In this document: positions 48,030 to 57,989 of the stretch, in pieces | How the letters are laid out: the number at the start of each line of letters is the position of its first letter | How positions within the stretch are numbered: the stretch's first letter is position 1 | From: Patescibacteria group bacterium | GTDB taxonomy: Bacteria; Patescibacteriota; Microgenomatia; JAMCYU01 | NCBI GenBank assembly: GCA_023473585.1 | Contig: JAMCYU010000005.1 | Location: 762-64,761, forward strand | Length of the DNA stretch: 64,000 nucleotides | Direction: 5' to 3' | The notes under the pieces: model-generated | Database searches by the model: none | The model's input: only the letters and a program-made list of their open reading frames with translations | Told to the model about the DNA's origin: nothing | Position numbers and translations under genes: made by a program

Positions 48030-48734
48030 TTACTTAACCGAGGGAGGGGTTTCGTAGAACCGAAGCTGGGCTAGCTTTAAACCGTCGGCATCGTAGCGCC
48101 AATAAAAATCCTTAAGTTTATCGTCAAATAAAGACATTCTTTTAATCTGACCCTTGCCTATCGTATCGGCATAGATAAATAAAAGTTGATCGGTGATATC
48201 GGTCGTTAAGTTTTGCCCTTTATTTTTGATCTGAACAAGCGTGTATAAAGAACAATAAAGTTCTTTCGTGATTGGGTCGTCAACACATTTGGTGGCTTTG
48301 GAAGCTCCACCCGGCCGACCTAAGGCCTTTGCCCAAACCGCATAGGTCGTAACCCCGCCTGATTGGGAATTGGTCGGATTGGGCATTTGCAAGCTGACAA
48401 CACCATTATTACAATTGGTCTTCGTGGCCGCATAAACACCTTCGGCCATTTTTATTTCACACGCAGAAGTCAGGGGAAGAAAAATCCTTTGGTTTTCACT
48501 GACGGTTATTTTCGGAGATTTACCCTTAGGAACACCTAAAAGATCAAGATTATAACGGGTGCCCTTCGGAACCGAATTGGCAATCGCGGCAATATTTAAA
48601 CCGGTTTTTTGTTGGACCAACTCTACGCCTGCCGCCATCCCCACGAGCAGAATGATTAGACTAATCATTATAAAACTTAGGTAAAAATTTTGCTGTTTGG
48701 CTCTTTTGGTCATCTTCTCAATTCCAGTATGCAC
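48030..48734 (-). CDS. hypothetical membrane-anchored extracellular protein with 4 Cys
   Basis: 234 aa. N-terminal TM (LSFIMISLIILLVGMAAGV). No recognisable family. Confidence 0.45.
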   Translation of the reverse strand: MHTGIEKMTKRAKQQNFYLSFIMISLIILLVGMAAGVELVQQKTGLNIAAIANSVPKGTRYNLDLLGVPKGKSPKITVSENQRIFLPLTSACEIKMAEGVYAATKTNCNNGVVSLQMPNPTNSQSGGVTTYAVWAKALGRPGGASKATKCVDDPITKELYCSLYTLVQIKNKGQNLTTDITDQLLFIYADTIGKGQIKRMSLFDDKLKDFYWRYDADGLKLAQLRFYETPPSVK

Positions 48735-48781
48735 CTAAAAAAGAAGTTTTGTCAAATTTTGAAACGAAGAGTTTTCTCAAG

Positions 48782-49510
48782 TTAAATCGCTCTGATGGCC
48801 CTCGTTATTTCCAGCCTTTGGTCCTGACCTAATTTTCTCATTTCATCGCGGATTTGATTTCTTATCTCATAAATATTAACCGACAAATCATTCATCGAAA
48901 AAGCCAGCGTGTGTTTTGATCCTTTTTGTATTTGCGTATTAACACATTCGCTGAAGATGCCGGCCATTTCTCCCAAAAAATCGTCGGGTTTATAGGCAGT
49001 TTCGATACGAAAATCCAAACTCGGTTGGCAACGACTATCTCCTTCGTCTCTTCTTAAAATTAAACCGCCCTCGATTTCCTCAAAAAATCTTCGATAATCT
49101 TGATAACAACTAGGGTCCGAAAGCGAACAGGGAACTTTAATGGCTCTTTCGATCACCAAACCGAAGGCTCTTAACGCCACTCTTTGGTTAACGGGATCAT
49201 CAAAAAAGTAGGTTTTGGGTTGAACTTTGTCTTGAGTTTTTTTATCGATAATCTCTGCGAGTTCTGATTCTATCAAAGCTATCAAAACCCCATAAACAGG
49301 AATTAATCTTCGGTAGTACCTAAAAAGAAGAGTTTGGGCTTCCAGTTCCACTAATTTTTTGCCGGTTTCGGTTTGCGGACCGGTCTGATCAATGATTCGA
49401 CTTAGGGCCATGATCTTACTACCATACTCAAACCAAATGGGATCAAAACCGGGAAGATTTTCAATTCTTACGCCCTCTTGGCTTGTCATATAGGCCGTAT
49501 TATAGCACAA
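48782..49510 (-). CDS. hypothetical cytoplasmic protein (about 235-242 aa)
   Basis: ORF track. The first 7 codons of the track's ORF contain TGcTATAAT, so the true start is probably the second Met (MTSQEG), possibly on a leaderless mRNA. Confidence 0.4.
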   Translation of the reverse strand: MCYNTAYMTSQEGVRIENLPGFDPIWFEYGSKIMALSRIIDQTGPQTETGKKLVELEAQTLLFRYYRRLIPVYGVLIALIESELAEIIDKKTQDKVQPKTYFFDDPVNQRVALRAFGLVIERAIKVPCSLSDPSCYQDYRRFFEEIEGGLILRRDEGDSRCQPSLDFRIETAYKPDDFLGEMAGIFSECVNTQIQKGSKHTLAFSMNDLSVNIYEIRNQIRDEMRKLGQDQRLEITRAIRAI

Positions 49511-49573
49511 AACCGGCCATTCAAAAGAACCATAAAAGAGGTAAAAGAATTACTTTTGTGGCATAATTAAGAG

Positions 49574-50614
49574 GTGAAGAACAAATATCTTTGGCTTTTT
49601 ACGATCATTTTCCTTATTTCCCTTATTTCTGCTTTGACTTGTTTTCTCGCTCAAAAAAACCGTCCGATAGTCAGCCCCCTGTCATCAAGGCCAACTACTA
49701 ATCTTCTTTCTCTCAATCCTTTTTCCTCTCCGGTTCCCGAAGGGGAATACAATGTTTTGCTTTTGGGACAAGGAGATGTCGGTCATCCCGGCGGGAGTCT
49801 CACCGACTCGATGAATCTCCTTCATTTAAATACCGTTAAAAAAACGGTCGGGCTTATTTTTATCCCCCGCGATCTTTGGGCAAATTCAGCTGATAATTCA
49901 GACAAAATGAAAATTAATGAGGCTTATGCCAAAAGCGGTCTTAAAGGCGTTGAAAAGATCGTCAGTATGATTACGGGCTTGCCTGTTCGCTACGCTCTTA
50001 TTATTGACTTTAACGGCTTTACCCAAGTGGTTGATTTACTCGGCGGCCTCGATCTTCAGGTTCAAAAGACTTTTGATGATTATTTCTATCCTGTTAAAGG
50101 CAAAGAACTTGAGATTTGTGAAAAAACCCCGGAAGAAGTCGCCAGTCTTTCGGCCAAGCTTTCCGGTTTCGAACTGGAAAAACAATTTCCCTGCCGTTTT
50201 GAACATCTTCATTTTGACAAGGGACTTGTTCACGTTGACGGCCAAACCGCTCTTAAATTTAGCCGTTCGCGCCATTCGGCTCAAGACGGAACGGATTTTG
50301 CCAGAGGGAGAAGACAGCAGGTGATTTTAATCGGCATTAAAGATAAGCTTCTTTCTCTTGAGGCTTTAAAAAGCGTTGACAAATGGTTTGGCAAATTCAT
50401 TAAACTTTTAAAAACCGATCTGGATTTAGAAACCGCCAAAGCGGTGGCGGGTTTAATTATTGATCCAAACGAATATCAAATTAACCAGATTCTCCCTTCG
50501 GAAGAAAACGTTTTAAAAACAGGCAAAGGAACGGGTGGTCAATTTATTCTGATGCCCAAAGCGGGCGAGAATGATTGGAGTAAGTTTCAGGAGTTTATTA
50601 AAAAAGAATTATAG
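49574..50614 (+). CDS. LytR-CpsA-Psr (LCP) family cell-envelope glycopolymer phosphotransferase
   Basis: 346 aa. N-terminal TM, LLLGQGD...SLTDSMNLLHL...FIPRDLW...KINEAYA...YALIIDFNGFTQVVDLLGGLD match the LCP core. GTG start. Confidence 0.7.
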   Translation: MKNKYLWLFTIIFLISLISALTCFLAQKNRPIVSPLSSRPTTNLLSLNPFSSPVPEGEYNVLLLGQGDVGHPGGSLTDSMNLLHLNTVKKTVGLIFIPRDLWANSADNSDKMKINEAYAKSGLKGVEKIVSMITGLPVRYALIIDFNGFTQVVDLLGGLDLQVQKTFDDYFYPVKGKELEICEKTPEEVASLSAKLSGFELEKQFPCRFEHLHFDKGLVHVDGQTALKFSRSRHSAQDGTDFARGRRQQVILIGIKDKLLSLEALKSVDKWFGKFIKLLKTDLDLETAKAVAGLIIDPNEYQINQILPSEENVLKTGKGTGGQFILMPKAGENDWSKFQEFIKKEL

Positions 50615-50632
50615 TTGTCAACCTATCACTTT

Positions 50633-50980
50633 TTAAAGTTCCGTGTATTTTTGGTGAGTGCCGCGGGATTTTTCAATGGGGTATTTTTCTTCGTTTTTTT
50701 TCTTTTTTCTCAAAAAAGCCTCATAAATATCAATTTCTAAATCGTGGCTCATTAAAAGCACCCACCATAAAACATCAGACAGCTCATCCGCAATGTGCTC
50801 CCGGTGGTTTTTTAAATATTGTTCGACTTCTTCTTCTGTCTTCCACTGAAAATGTTCTAAAACTTCAGCCGCCTCCAAAGCTAAAGAAATCGCCATATCC
50901 TTAGGTTTATGGAATTGTTGCCACTTCCTTTCATTTCTAAATTTGACAACTTCTTCGGTTAATTTTTTAATATCAGACAT
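50633..50980 (-). CDS. MazG-like nucleotide pyrophosphohydrolase (all-alpha NTP-PPase)
   Basis: 115 aa. EExxE metal-binding helix (LEAAEVLEHF) and ELSDVLWWV. Confidence 0.65.
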   Translation of the reverse strand: MSDIKKLTEEVVKFRNERKWQQFHKPKDMAISLALEAAEVLEHFQWKTEEEVEQYLKNHREHIADELSDVLWWVLLMSHDLEIDIYEAFLRKKKKNEEKYPIEKSRGTHQKYTEL

Positions 50981-51032
50981 GGGTTTAGATATTAGTCTTT
51001 AGTCGTTGGCCTTTGGAAAAGACCGGGAGAAA

Positions 51033-51341
51033 TTACATTTTGATTTCGATATCCACCCCGGCCGGAAGATCAAGATGGGCTAATTGATCAATCGTTTTAT
51101 CGGTCGGCTCTAAAATATCAATCAGCCTCTTGTGCGTTCTGATCATAAAATCTTCACGACTGTCTTTGTCGGTAAAAGGAGACTTGTTAACGGAAAAATG
51201 CTGTTTGTCTGAAGGCAAGGGAATTGGCCCCACGACCTTAGCTCCGGTCCTGATGGCCGTATCTAAAATTTGCTGACAACAACCGTCGATTACCCGGCTG
51301 TCATAGGCTTTTAAACGTACTCTAATTCTGCCTTTAGGCAT
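51033..51341 (-). CDS. rpsJ: 30S ribosomal protein S10
   Basis: 102 aa. Directly downstream of tuf, but separated from rplC by the inserted cluster. Confidence 0.9.
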   Translation of the reverse strand: MPKGRIRVRLKAYDSRVIDGCCQQILDTAIRTGAKVVGPIPLPSDKQHFSVNKSPFTDKDSREDFMIRTHKRLIDILEPTDKTIDQLAHLDLPAGVDIEIKM

Positions 51342-51373
51342 ACTAATTACAAATCTTTTGCTGGTATCTAGTT

Positions 51374-52567
51374 TTAGGCGATGATTTTCGAAACAGCTCC
51401 GGCACCCACAGTGTGACCGCCTTCGCGGATAGCAAAGCGTAAACCTTCTTCCAGAGCTACCGGGACGATTAATTTAACCGTCATCTTAATATTATCTCCC
51501 GGCATTACCATTTCGACCCCTTTAGGTAAAGTTGCTTCGCCAGTCACATCTGTCGTTCTAAGATAAAATTGAGGTCTGTAACCGGTAAAAAACGGGGTGT
51601 GTCGACCTCCCTCTTCTTTCGTTAAGACGTAAACTTCTGCCTCGAATTCAGTGTGGGGCGTAATGGAACCTGGTTTGGCTAAAACTTGACCGCGCTCCAC
51701 ATCGTCCTTTTCAATGCCTCGAAGAAGTAAGCCAATATTATCTCCGGCTTGGCCTTCATCAAGGACTTTCCGAAACATTTCGACGCCGGTAACGACTGTT
51801 TTTTTCGTGGGTCTTATCCCGACGATCTCAATTTCCTCATTAACCTTGACTTTCCCCCGATCGACCCGGCCGGTCACCACCGTGCCTCGACCTTTGATCG
51901 AGAAAACATCTTCAACGGCCATCATAAAGGGCTTATCTAAATCTCGAACCGGTGTCGGAATATTCTCATCAACGGCTTTCATGAGTTCCACAATCTGCTC
52001 TTCAGCTTTTGGATCTCCTTCAAGAGCCTTGGCCGCTGAACCACGGATAATGGGAACTTTATCTCCCGGAAACTGATATTTGGTCAAAAGTTCTCTAACT
52101 TCCATTTCGACCAAATCTAAAAGTTCGGGGTCAGAAACCATGTCACATTTATTCAAGAAAACGACAATCGCCGGAATATTAACCTGCCTGGCCAAAAGCA
52201 CATGTTCCCTGGTTTGCGGCATTGGTCCGTCTGGAGCCGAAACAACCAAAATCGCTCCGTCCATTTGCGCCGCGCCCGTGATCATGTTTTTAACATAGTC
52301 AGCATGACCCGGACAGTCAATATGGGCATAATGACGCTTTTCGGTTTCATACTCAACATGAGAAATCGCAATCGTCAAGCCCCTGGCTTTTTCTTCCGGA
52401 GCGTTATCAATTTCGTCGTATTTTAAAGCTTTAGAAAAACCTTTCTTCGCCAAAACTTGGGTAATCGCGGCGGTTAAAGTTGTTTTTCCATGGTCAACAT
52501 GACCAATCGTTCCGATGTTAAGATGAGGCTTTGTGCGCTCATACTTTTTCTTTGATTCTTCTGGCAT
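51374..52567 (-). CDS. tuf: elongation factor Tu
   Basis: G1 [10 protein letters not shown]3 DCPGH, G4 NKCD. Start placed at the internal ATG with SD AAAAGGAG ([17 protein letters not shown]). Confidence 0.95.
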   Translation of the reverse strand: MPEESKKKYERTKPHLNIGTIGHVDHGKTTLTAAITQVLAKKGFSKALKYDEIDNAPEEKARGLTIAISHVEYETEKRHYAHIDCPGHADYVKNMITGAAQMDGAILVVSAPDGPMPQTREHVLLARQVNIPAIVVFLNKCDMVSDPELLDLVEMEVRELLTKYQFPGDKVPIIRGSAAKALEGDPKAEEQIVELMKAVDENIPTPVRDLDKPFMMAVEDVFSIKGRGTVVTGRVDRGKVKVNEEIEIVGIRPTKKTVVTGVEMFRKVLDEGQAGDNIGLLLRGIEKDDVERGQVLAKPGSITPHTEFEAEVYVLTKEEGGRHTPFFTGYRPQFYLRTTDVTGEATLPKGVEMVMPGDNIKMTVKLIVPVALEEGLRFAIREGGHTVGAGAVSKIIA

Positions 52568-52635
52568 AAAAAACTCCTTTTCTTTGCCCTCCAAAGCTTA
52601 ACACAAAGGGGGTTGACTTATATTATTTTAAAGTT

Positions 52636-52741
52636 TCGCTCATTATATCGAAAACAAGCAAAGCTTTTGCTTCGCAATAAATGAGCGAATATCTTTCTTC
52701 GATTAATTCGTGTCGCTCATTATATCGAAGATAAATGAGTG
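52636..52741. repeat. fusA-tuf spacer element: 17-bp direct repeat TCGCTCATTATATCGAA (52636-52652 and 52713-52729), each with an inverted partner TAAATGAG[C/T]G, forming nested hairpins
   Basis: Read from sequence. The first unit has an inner 7-bp hairpin AAGCAAA-gct-TTTGCTT. The spacer is 196 nt, unusually long for fusA-tuf. Confidence 0.5.
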
Positions 52742-52790
52742 CTGCAATAGGGAAATCTCCGATTTAATGGCAGGACTCATTATACCAAAA

Positions 52791-54932
52791 CTAACTCTGC
52801 TTAGCAATAATCTTCTCTTGGATATTTTTCGGCACTTCTTCGTAATGGGACGGTTCCATATAATAATTAGCCCTTCCCTGGCTCATGCTCCGTAAAGTCG
52901 TGGCGTAGCCGGCTAATTCCGCTAAAGGCATAAGACAAGTAATAATTCTAACCGGTCCCCGTGATTCGGTCCCCAAGATCTGTCCCCGTTTTGAGGAAAC
53001 ATCGCCGATAATATCTCCCATAAATTCCTCAGGCGTGGTAATTTCCACCTTCATAATGGGTTCCAGCATGGTCGGACTGGCTTGTTTCACCGCCGATTGT
53101 AAGGCCATGGAACCGGCAATTTTAAAGGCAACTTCGGAAGAATCAACTTCATGATAGGTTCCATCGTAAAGAGTCACTTTCATATCAACCAAAGGATAAC
53201 CGGCAATAACCCCATTATCCATGGCTTCTTTAACCCCTTTTTGAACCGCCGGAATAAATTCGTTAGGAATCGCTCCGCCTTTAATCGCATTCACAAATTC
53301 GTAACCTTCACCTCTGGCCTTGGGTTCAATCTTGAGATAACAGTGACCGTATTGGCCACGGCCACCTGACTGACGGATATATTTCCCTTCAGCCTGAGCC
53401 GGCGCCTTAACGGTTTCCTTATAAGCAACTTGCGGCGCGCCGACATTGGCTCCAACTTTAAATTCCCGAAGCATTCGGTCAACTAAAATCTCTAAATGGA
53501 GTTCACCCATGCCCCAAATCGTTGTCTGTCCGGTTTCAAAATTACTTTTAATTTTAAAAGTCGGATCTTCTTCGGCCAATCTTTGCAGGGCATAGCCCAT
53601 TTTTTCCTGATCGGATTTGGTTTTGGGTTCGATCGCCAAAGAAATCACAGGTTCGGGAAAAGTAATTTTTTCTAAAACAATCGGGTGAGTAACGTCACAT
53701 AAAGTGTCGCCGGTCGTGGTGTCTTTTAAACCCACGACGGCCACAATTTCTCCGGCGTAGGCTTCAGCAATTTCTTCCCGATGGTCAGCGTGCATTAAAA
53801 GCAAGCGGCCGACTCTTTCTTGACTGTCTTTTGAAGAATTCTGAATATAAGAACCGGATTTAATGGTCCCCGAATAAATCCTCGTGTAGGTTAATTTACC
53901 CACGTGCGGATCAACTTGAATTTTAAAGGCCAAAGCGGCCAAGGCAGCATTTTTGTCAGCTGGCCGTTTTTCCGAAGCTTCGGTTTGGGGATTAAAACCA
54001 GTCACCTCCGGCAAATCTAAAGGTGAAGGCAAATAATCAACCACCGCATCCAAAAGCGGCTGAACTCCTTTGTTTCTTAAAGACGAACCGCAATAAATAG
54101 GCACTAATTTATAAGCAATCGTGGCTCTGCGCAAGGCTTGTTTTAATTCTGCCAAGGTCGGTTCTTGCCCGTTTAAATATTTTTCCAAGAGGAAATCATC
54201 GGTTTCACAGATTTTTTCAATTAATTCGTGTCGGCTTTTGATGACTTCTTCTTTTAAATCCCCAGGAATTTCCGAGGAAACATCATATTTGGCTCCCAGT
54301 TCATCAGACCCCCAAACATATGTTTGTTGAGTTAAAAGATCAATCATGCCCTTAAAGGTTTGCTCTCTGCCTATGGGTAAAGCCATAATGGCTGTCTTAA
54401 CACCCAGGCGGTCTTCAATCATTTTAATTGTCCGTCGATAGTCAGCTCCGACTTTATCCATTTTATTAACAAAACAAACACGGGGAACCTTATACTTATC
54501 AGCCTGATGCCAGACTGTTTCTGACTGACTTTGAACGCCTTCTTCGGCATCTAAGACCACCACCCCGCCATCCAAAACCCGTAAAGATCTTTCAACCTCG
54601 GCGGTAAAGTCAACATGACCGGGAGTGTCAATAATATTGATTCTGTATTGGTTCTCCGGGCTTTCCGCTTTCTCTAAGGGTGGCCAAAAAGCCGTCGTCG
54701 CCGCCGAAGTGATGGTAATCCCTCTTTCCTTCTCTTGCACCATCCAATCCATAACCGTTGTTCCCTCATCAATATCACCGATCTTGTAAGTTCGACCGGT
54801 ATAAAAAAGAATCCGCTCGGTTGTCGTCGTTTTCCCGGCATCAATATGGGCAATAATACCGATATTACGAACCTTATCTAAGGGTAAGATTCTTTTTTTG
54901 GTGATAACTAGTCCTGGTGTTTGTTGCGCCAT
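52791..54932 (-). CDS. fusA: elongation factor G
   Basis: G-domain [17 protein letters not shown]. Start at the internal ATG with SD GGAGGAAAA ([11 protein letters not shown]). Confidence 0.95.
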   Translation of the reverse strand: MAQQTPGLVITKKRILPLDKVRNIGIIAHIDAGKTTTTERILFYTGRTYKIGDIDEGTTVMDWMVQEKERGITITSAATTAFWPPLEKAESPENQYRINIIDTPGHVDFTAEVERSLRVLDGGVVVLDAEEGVQSQSETVWHQADKYKVPRVCFVNKMDKVGADYRRTIKMIEDRLGVKTAIMALPIGREQTFKGMIDLLTQQTYVWGSDELGAKYDVSSEIPGDLKEEVIKSRHELIEKICETDDFLLEKYLNGQEPTLAELKQALRRATIAYKLVPIYCGSSLRNKGVQPLLDAVVDYLPSPLDLPEVTGFNPQTEASEKRPADKNAALAALAFKIQVDPHVGKLTYTRIYSGTIKSGSYIQNSSKDSQERVGRLLLMHADHREEIAEAYAGEIVAVVGLKDTTTGDTLCDVTHPIVLEKITFPEPVISLAIEPKTKSDQEKMGYALQRLAEEDPTFKIKSNFETGQTTIWGMGELHLEILVDRMLREFKVGANVGAPQVAYKETVKAPAQAEGKYIRQSGGRGQYGHCYLKIEPKARGEGYEFVNAIKGGAIPNEFIPAVQKGVKEAMDNGVIAGYPLVDMKVTLYDGTYHEVDSSEVAFKIAGSMALQSAVKQASPTMLEPIMKVEITTPEEFMGDIIGDVSSKRGQILGTESRGPVRIITCLMPLAELAGYATTLRSMSQGRANYYMEPSHYEEVPKNIQEKIIAKQS

Positions 54933-54947
54933 TTTCCTCCAACATCT

Positions 54948-54975
54948 AAAAAACTGTCCGCCTTGGGCGCGACAG
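54948..54975 (-). terminator. rho-independent terminator between the P-type ATPase gene and fusA
   Basis: Minus-strand CTGTCGCGCC-caa-GGCGGACAG followed by TTTTTT. Sits 15 nt before the fusA SD. Confidence 0.6.
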
Positions 54976-55000
54976 CTTAGCTTCAATCACAATTGGTCTT

Positions 55001-55029
55001 ATTGTAACAAAGTCTGAAGGCAAATTCAA
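55001..55029 (-). promoter_or_regulatory. candidate promoter TTGAAT, 17-nt spacer, TACAAT, immediately after the ATPase stop and upstream of the terminator hairpin
   Basis: Minus-strand read cTCTTGAATttgccttcagactttgtTACAATaag. Confidence 0.35.
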
Positions 55030-55032
55030 GAG

Positions 55033-57459
55033 TTATTTAGCTTTTCGTGTGGTCATAAGTTTAATCATTTCAATAAGGAAAGTAACCATTAAAACGGCAG
55101 CAAAAATCAAGAACCACTCAAAAAGGCGCAAAGGCATCGTTCCCAAAAGACGATTGAAAACCGGAAAGTAGATAGCGGCAAAAATAAGAATCAATCCATA
55201 GGCCAAACCAAGAAAAAGAAGTTTGTTGGCAAAAAAGTTTTCGGTTTGAAAAATAATCTTTTTGCTGTTTTTAAAGGCAAAGATATAAACAATATCAACC
55301 AGCGAAAGAGTGGTAAAAGCCATGGTTCTGGCCAAAACTAAATCTTTTTGGCTCTTCAGATAAAAATAAAAAAGAAACAAAGCAGCCAGGCCAGCGCTAA
55401 GACTGACGGCTAATATAAGAAATTTCATCGTTTGAGAGAGAATATTTTCTCTTCGTAACATCCTTGGACTTTCCTGCATTAAACCATTTTCCTTGGGTTC
55501 AAAACTCAAAAGAATATCCGGTGGCCCATCGCAGATAAGATGAATCCATAAAATCTGCACGACGGTTAAAGGTGTTGGTAAATTACTAATGATCGCCCCG
55601 AAAATCAAGATAATTTCCGCAAAAGAATTGGAAAGCGCATAACCAATTACTTTCTTGAGATTACTGAAAATTAATCTCCCCTCTTCACAGGCAACGACGA
55701 TGGTTTTGAAATTATTATCCAAAAGAATAAGATCACCGGCCTCCTTAGCGACATCAGAGCCGCTCCCGACGACCACCCCAATATCGGCTTTTTTCAAAGC
55801 CGGAGCATCATTCACACCGTCGCCCGTCATGGCCACAATCTCTCCTTTCTCCTGCAGGGCTTTAATAATTTTTAATTTCTGGTGTGGCGTGGTGCGGGTG
55901 AAAAGAACAATTTCGTTAATTCGCTCTTTTAAGTTTTCGTCAGAAATCGTTTCCAGTTCACTCCCTTCCATAATTTGTCTGTCAGTGAAATTTAAACCTA
56001 AATTGTTGGCTATTCTTACGGCGGTGATTTGATAATCACCCGTAACAATTTTAATTTTAATCCCAGCTTGTCGGGCCGTTTCGATGGCTTCTTTGACCCC
56101 TTCTCTAAGAGGATCTTCGATACCCACTAAACCAGGCCAGGAGAAATCTTTGGTTTCCTTAAGGTTCTCTTTTTCTTTATAAGCCAAACCAATAATTTTA
56201 AGTCCTCGGCTAGCCCATTCCTTAATCAAAAAGACGATTCTCTTTTTTTCCTCTTCAGAAACTTCGCAAAAGCCCAAAACGATTTCGGCACCGCCAACAA
56301 TAAAGGCCGTATCTTTGTCTTTGATTTTATTGATCGATAAAGAATATTTTTTTCGCTGTCAAAAGGCTCTTCATAAATTTTCGTCATGGAGTCGGTAATT
56401 TCTTTAGGGATTAAATGTTTCTGACTAAAAACATGGTCCCAAAAGGCCACCTCGATATTGGTCCTTTGCTGATTGGCCGACATTAAAGCTAGCAATCCTT
56501 TTATTTGGTCAACAAAATCAACCTCGATAACTTTCATTTTTCCTTCGGTTAAGGTCCCTGTTTTATCCGTACAAATAACCGAAGTTGAACCAAGGGTTTC
56601 AACCGACAAGAGTTTTTTAACCAACCCGTTTCTTTTCAAAACCCGTCTCATCCCTAAAACCAAAATAACCGTGATCGCCCATGGGGATACCTTCGGGAAT
56701 CGCGGCCAAAGAAAGGACGATTGAGGTTTTCAGCATCTGCCAAAAATCTTGTCCCGACAAAAGACCAATCAAGAAAATGGCCAAACAAACAACAAAGACA
56801 AATTTAGCTAAAGACCTTATAAATATTTTTAGCTTAATTTGTAATGGGGTTGGCTCTTCTTCAATTTCGGCTAAGCTTTGACCGATTTTTCCAACCTGGG
56901 TTTCTTGACCGATGACAGAAACTCGCATAATGCCTTGACCAAAAATAATGATCGTCCCCATAAAAAGATCGTTCTCTTTCTCCTTAGTAGATTTACTTAC
57001 GGCTTCTTCTTCACCGGTTAAAATCGCCTCATTAACCAGTAAATTACCTCCTTCGATTAATTTACCGTCGGCCGGAACCTTATCACCGGCTCCCAAAATA
57101 ACTAAATCACCAGGAACCAAACTTTTGGCTTCAATTCTTTTTCGTAAACCACCCCTCATAACGACGACTATCGGTTTTAAGATTTGCCTAAGGGTTAGTA
57201 GTGTTTTTTGAGCGTTATATTCCTGGAAGAAACTCATTAATACATTTAAGAAAGCGACGGCTAAAATTAAAATCACGTCAAAAAATTCACCAAAAATGGC
57301 GGAAAAAAAGCCGATTAAAAAAAGGATAGCGATTAAGGGGCTTTTAAATTGTCTTAATAAAATAATTAAAGGAGGGGTTCCTTCTTCCAAAGGCAAGCTG
57401 TTCTCTCCATATTTTTCCTGTAAAGAACGTGTTTCTTCTTCAGCCAAACCGGTAAGCAT
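55033..57459 (-). pseudogene. P-type cation-transporting ATPase (P2/P3-like) interrupted by two 1-nt frameshifts
   Basis: Three consecutive ORFs carry the A-domain TGE[ES], then the phosphorylation site CTDKTGTLT, then MTGDGVNDAPALKKADIGV plus C-terminal TMs. Frames rejoin perfectly if one G is removed near 56681-56690 (GGGG run) and one A is added in the A7 run at 56334-56340. Confidence 0.6.
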
Positions 57460-57510
57460 GCTTTAAGTGTAACAAAAAAATGAATTTGAAGAAACAAAAA
57501 GAAAGTGAAC

Positions 57511-57984
57511 TTACCACCTAAAATGCGCGAAGGCTTTATTGGCTTCGGCCATTTTTTGCATCTGGTCTCTTTTTTTGGCCGCTTCGCCCAAACCCGAAGA
57601 GGCATCTAAAATTTCGGCGGCTAATTTTTGGTCAAAACTTTTATACTCTTTGCTGGGGCGGTTTTGCGCCGCACCGATAATCCAACGAATAGCCAACGAG
57701 ATTTTACGGTCACCCCTGACTTCGCTGGGCACCTGATATGAAGCACCACCGACTCGTCTTGGCCGAACTTCCATTCTGGGAGAAATCATGTTAACGGCCC
57801 GCTCCAAAGTTGGCAGCGGATCCTGACCTTTTTCTTTAATATTTTTCAAAGCCTCATAAAGCAGTTTTTGCGCCACAGCCTTTTTACCCGCCTTCATTAC
57901 TTTATTAATAAAACGGGTCACTAAAACTGATCCGTAAATCGGATCGGCTTCAATTTTTCGCTTTTTGGCTGGACCACTTCTCAT
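57511..57984 (-). CDS. rpsG: 30S ribosomal protein S7
   Basis: 157 aa. Confidence 0.9.
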   Translation of the reverse strand: MRSGPAKKRKIEADPIYGSVLVTRFINKVMKAGKKAVAQKLLYEALKNIKEKGQDPLPTLERAVNMISPRMEVRPRRVGGASYQVPSEVRGDRKISLAIRWIIGAAQNRPSKEYKSFDQKLAAEILDASSGLGEAAKKRDQMQKMAEANKAFAHFRW

Positions 57985-57989
57985 ATGTT

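Noticed and set aside
51714-52426. Several plus-strand ORFs of 60-120 aa inside tuf, and similar shadow ORFs inside rpoC, fusA, secD/secF, recJ, rny and the ribosomal genes
   Set aside because: They are antisense to highly conserved, confidently identified genes. Low-complexity translations.
54933-54986. ORF-track N-terminal extensions (fusA MKLSCRAQ..., tuf MEGKEKEFF..., DacA MFRGRK..., miaB MPWGNIL..., permease MKILFVRSS...)
   Set aside because: Internal Met codons with SD sequences and conserved N-termini fit better. The extensions create long overlaps with upstream genes.
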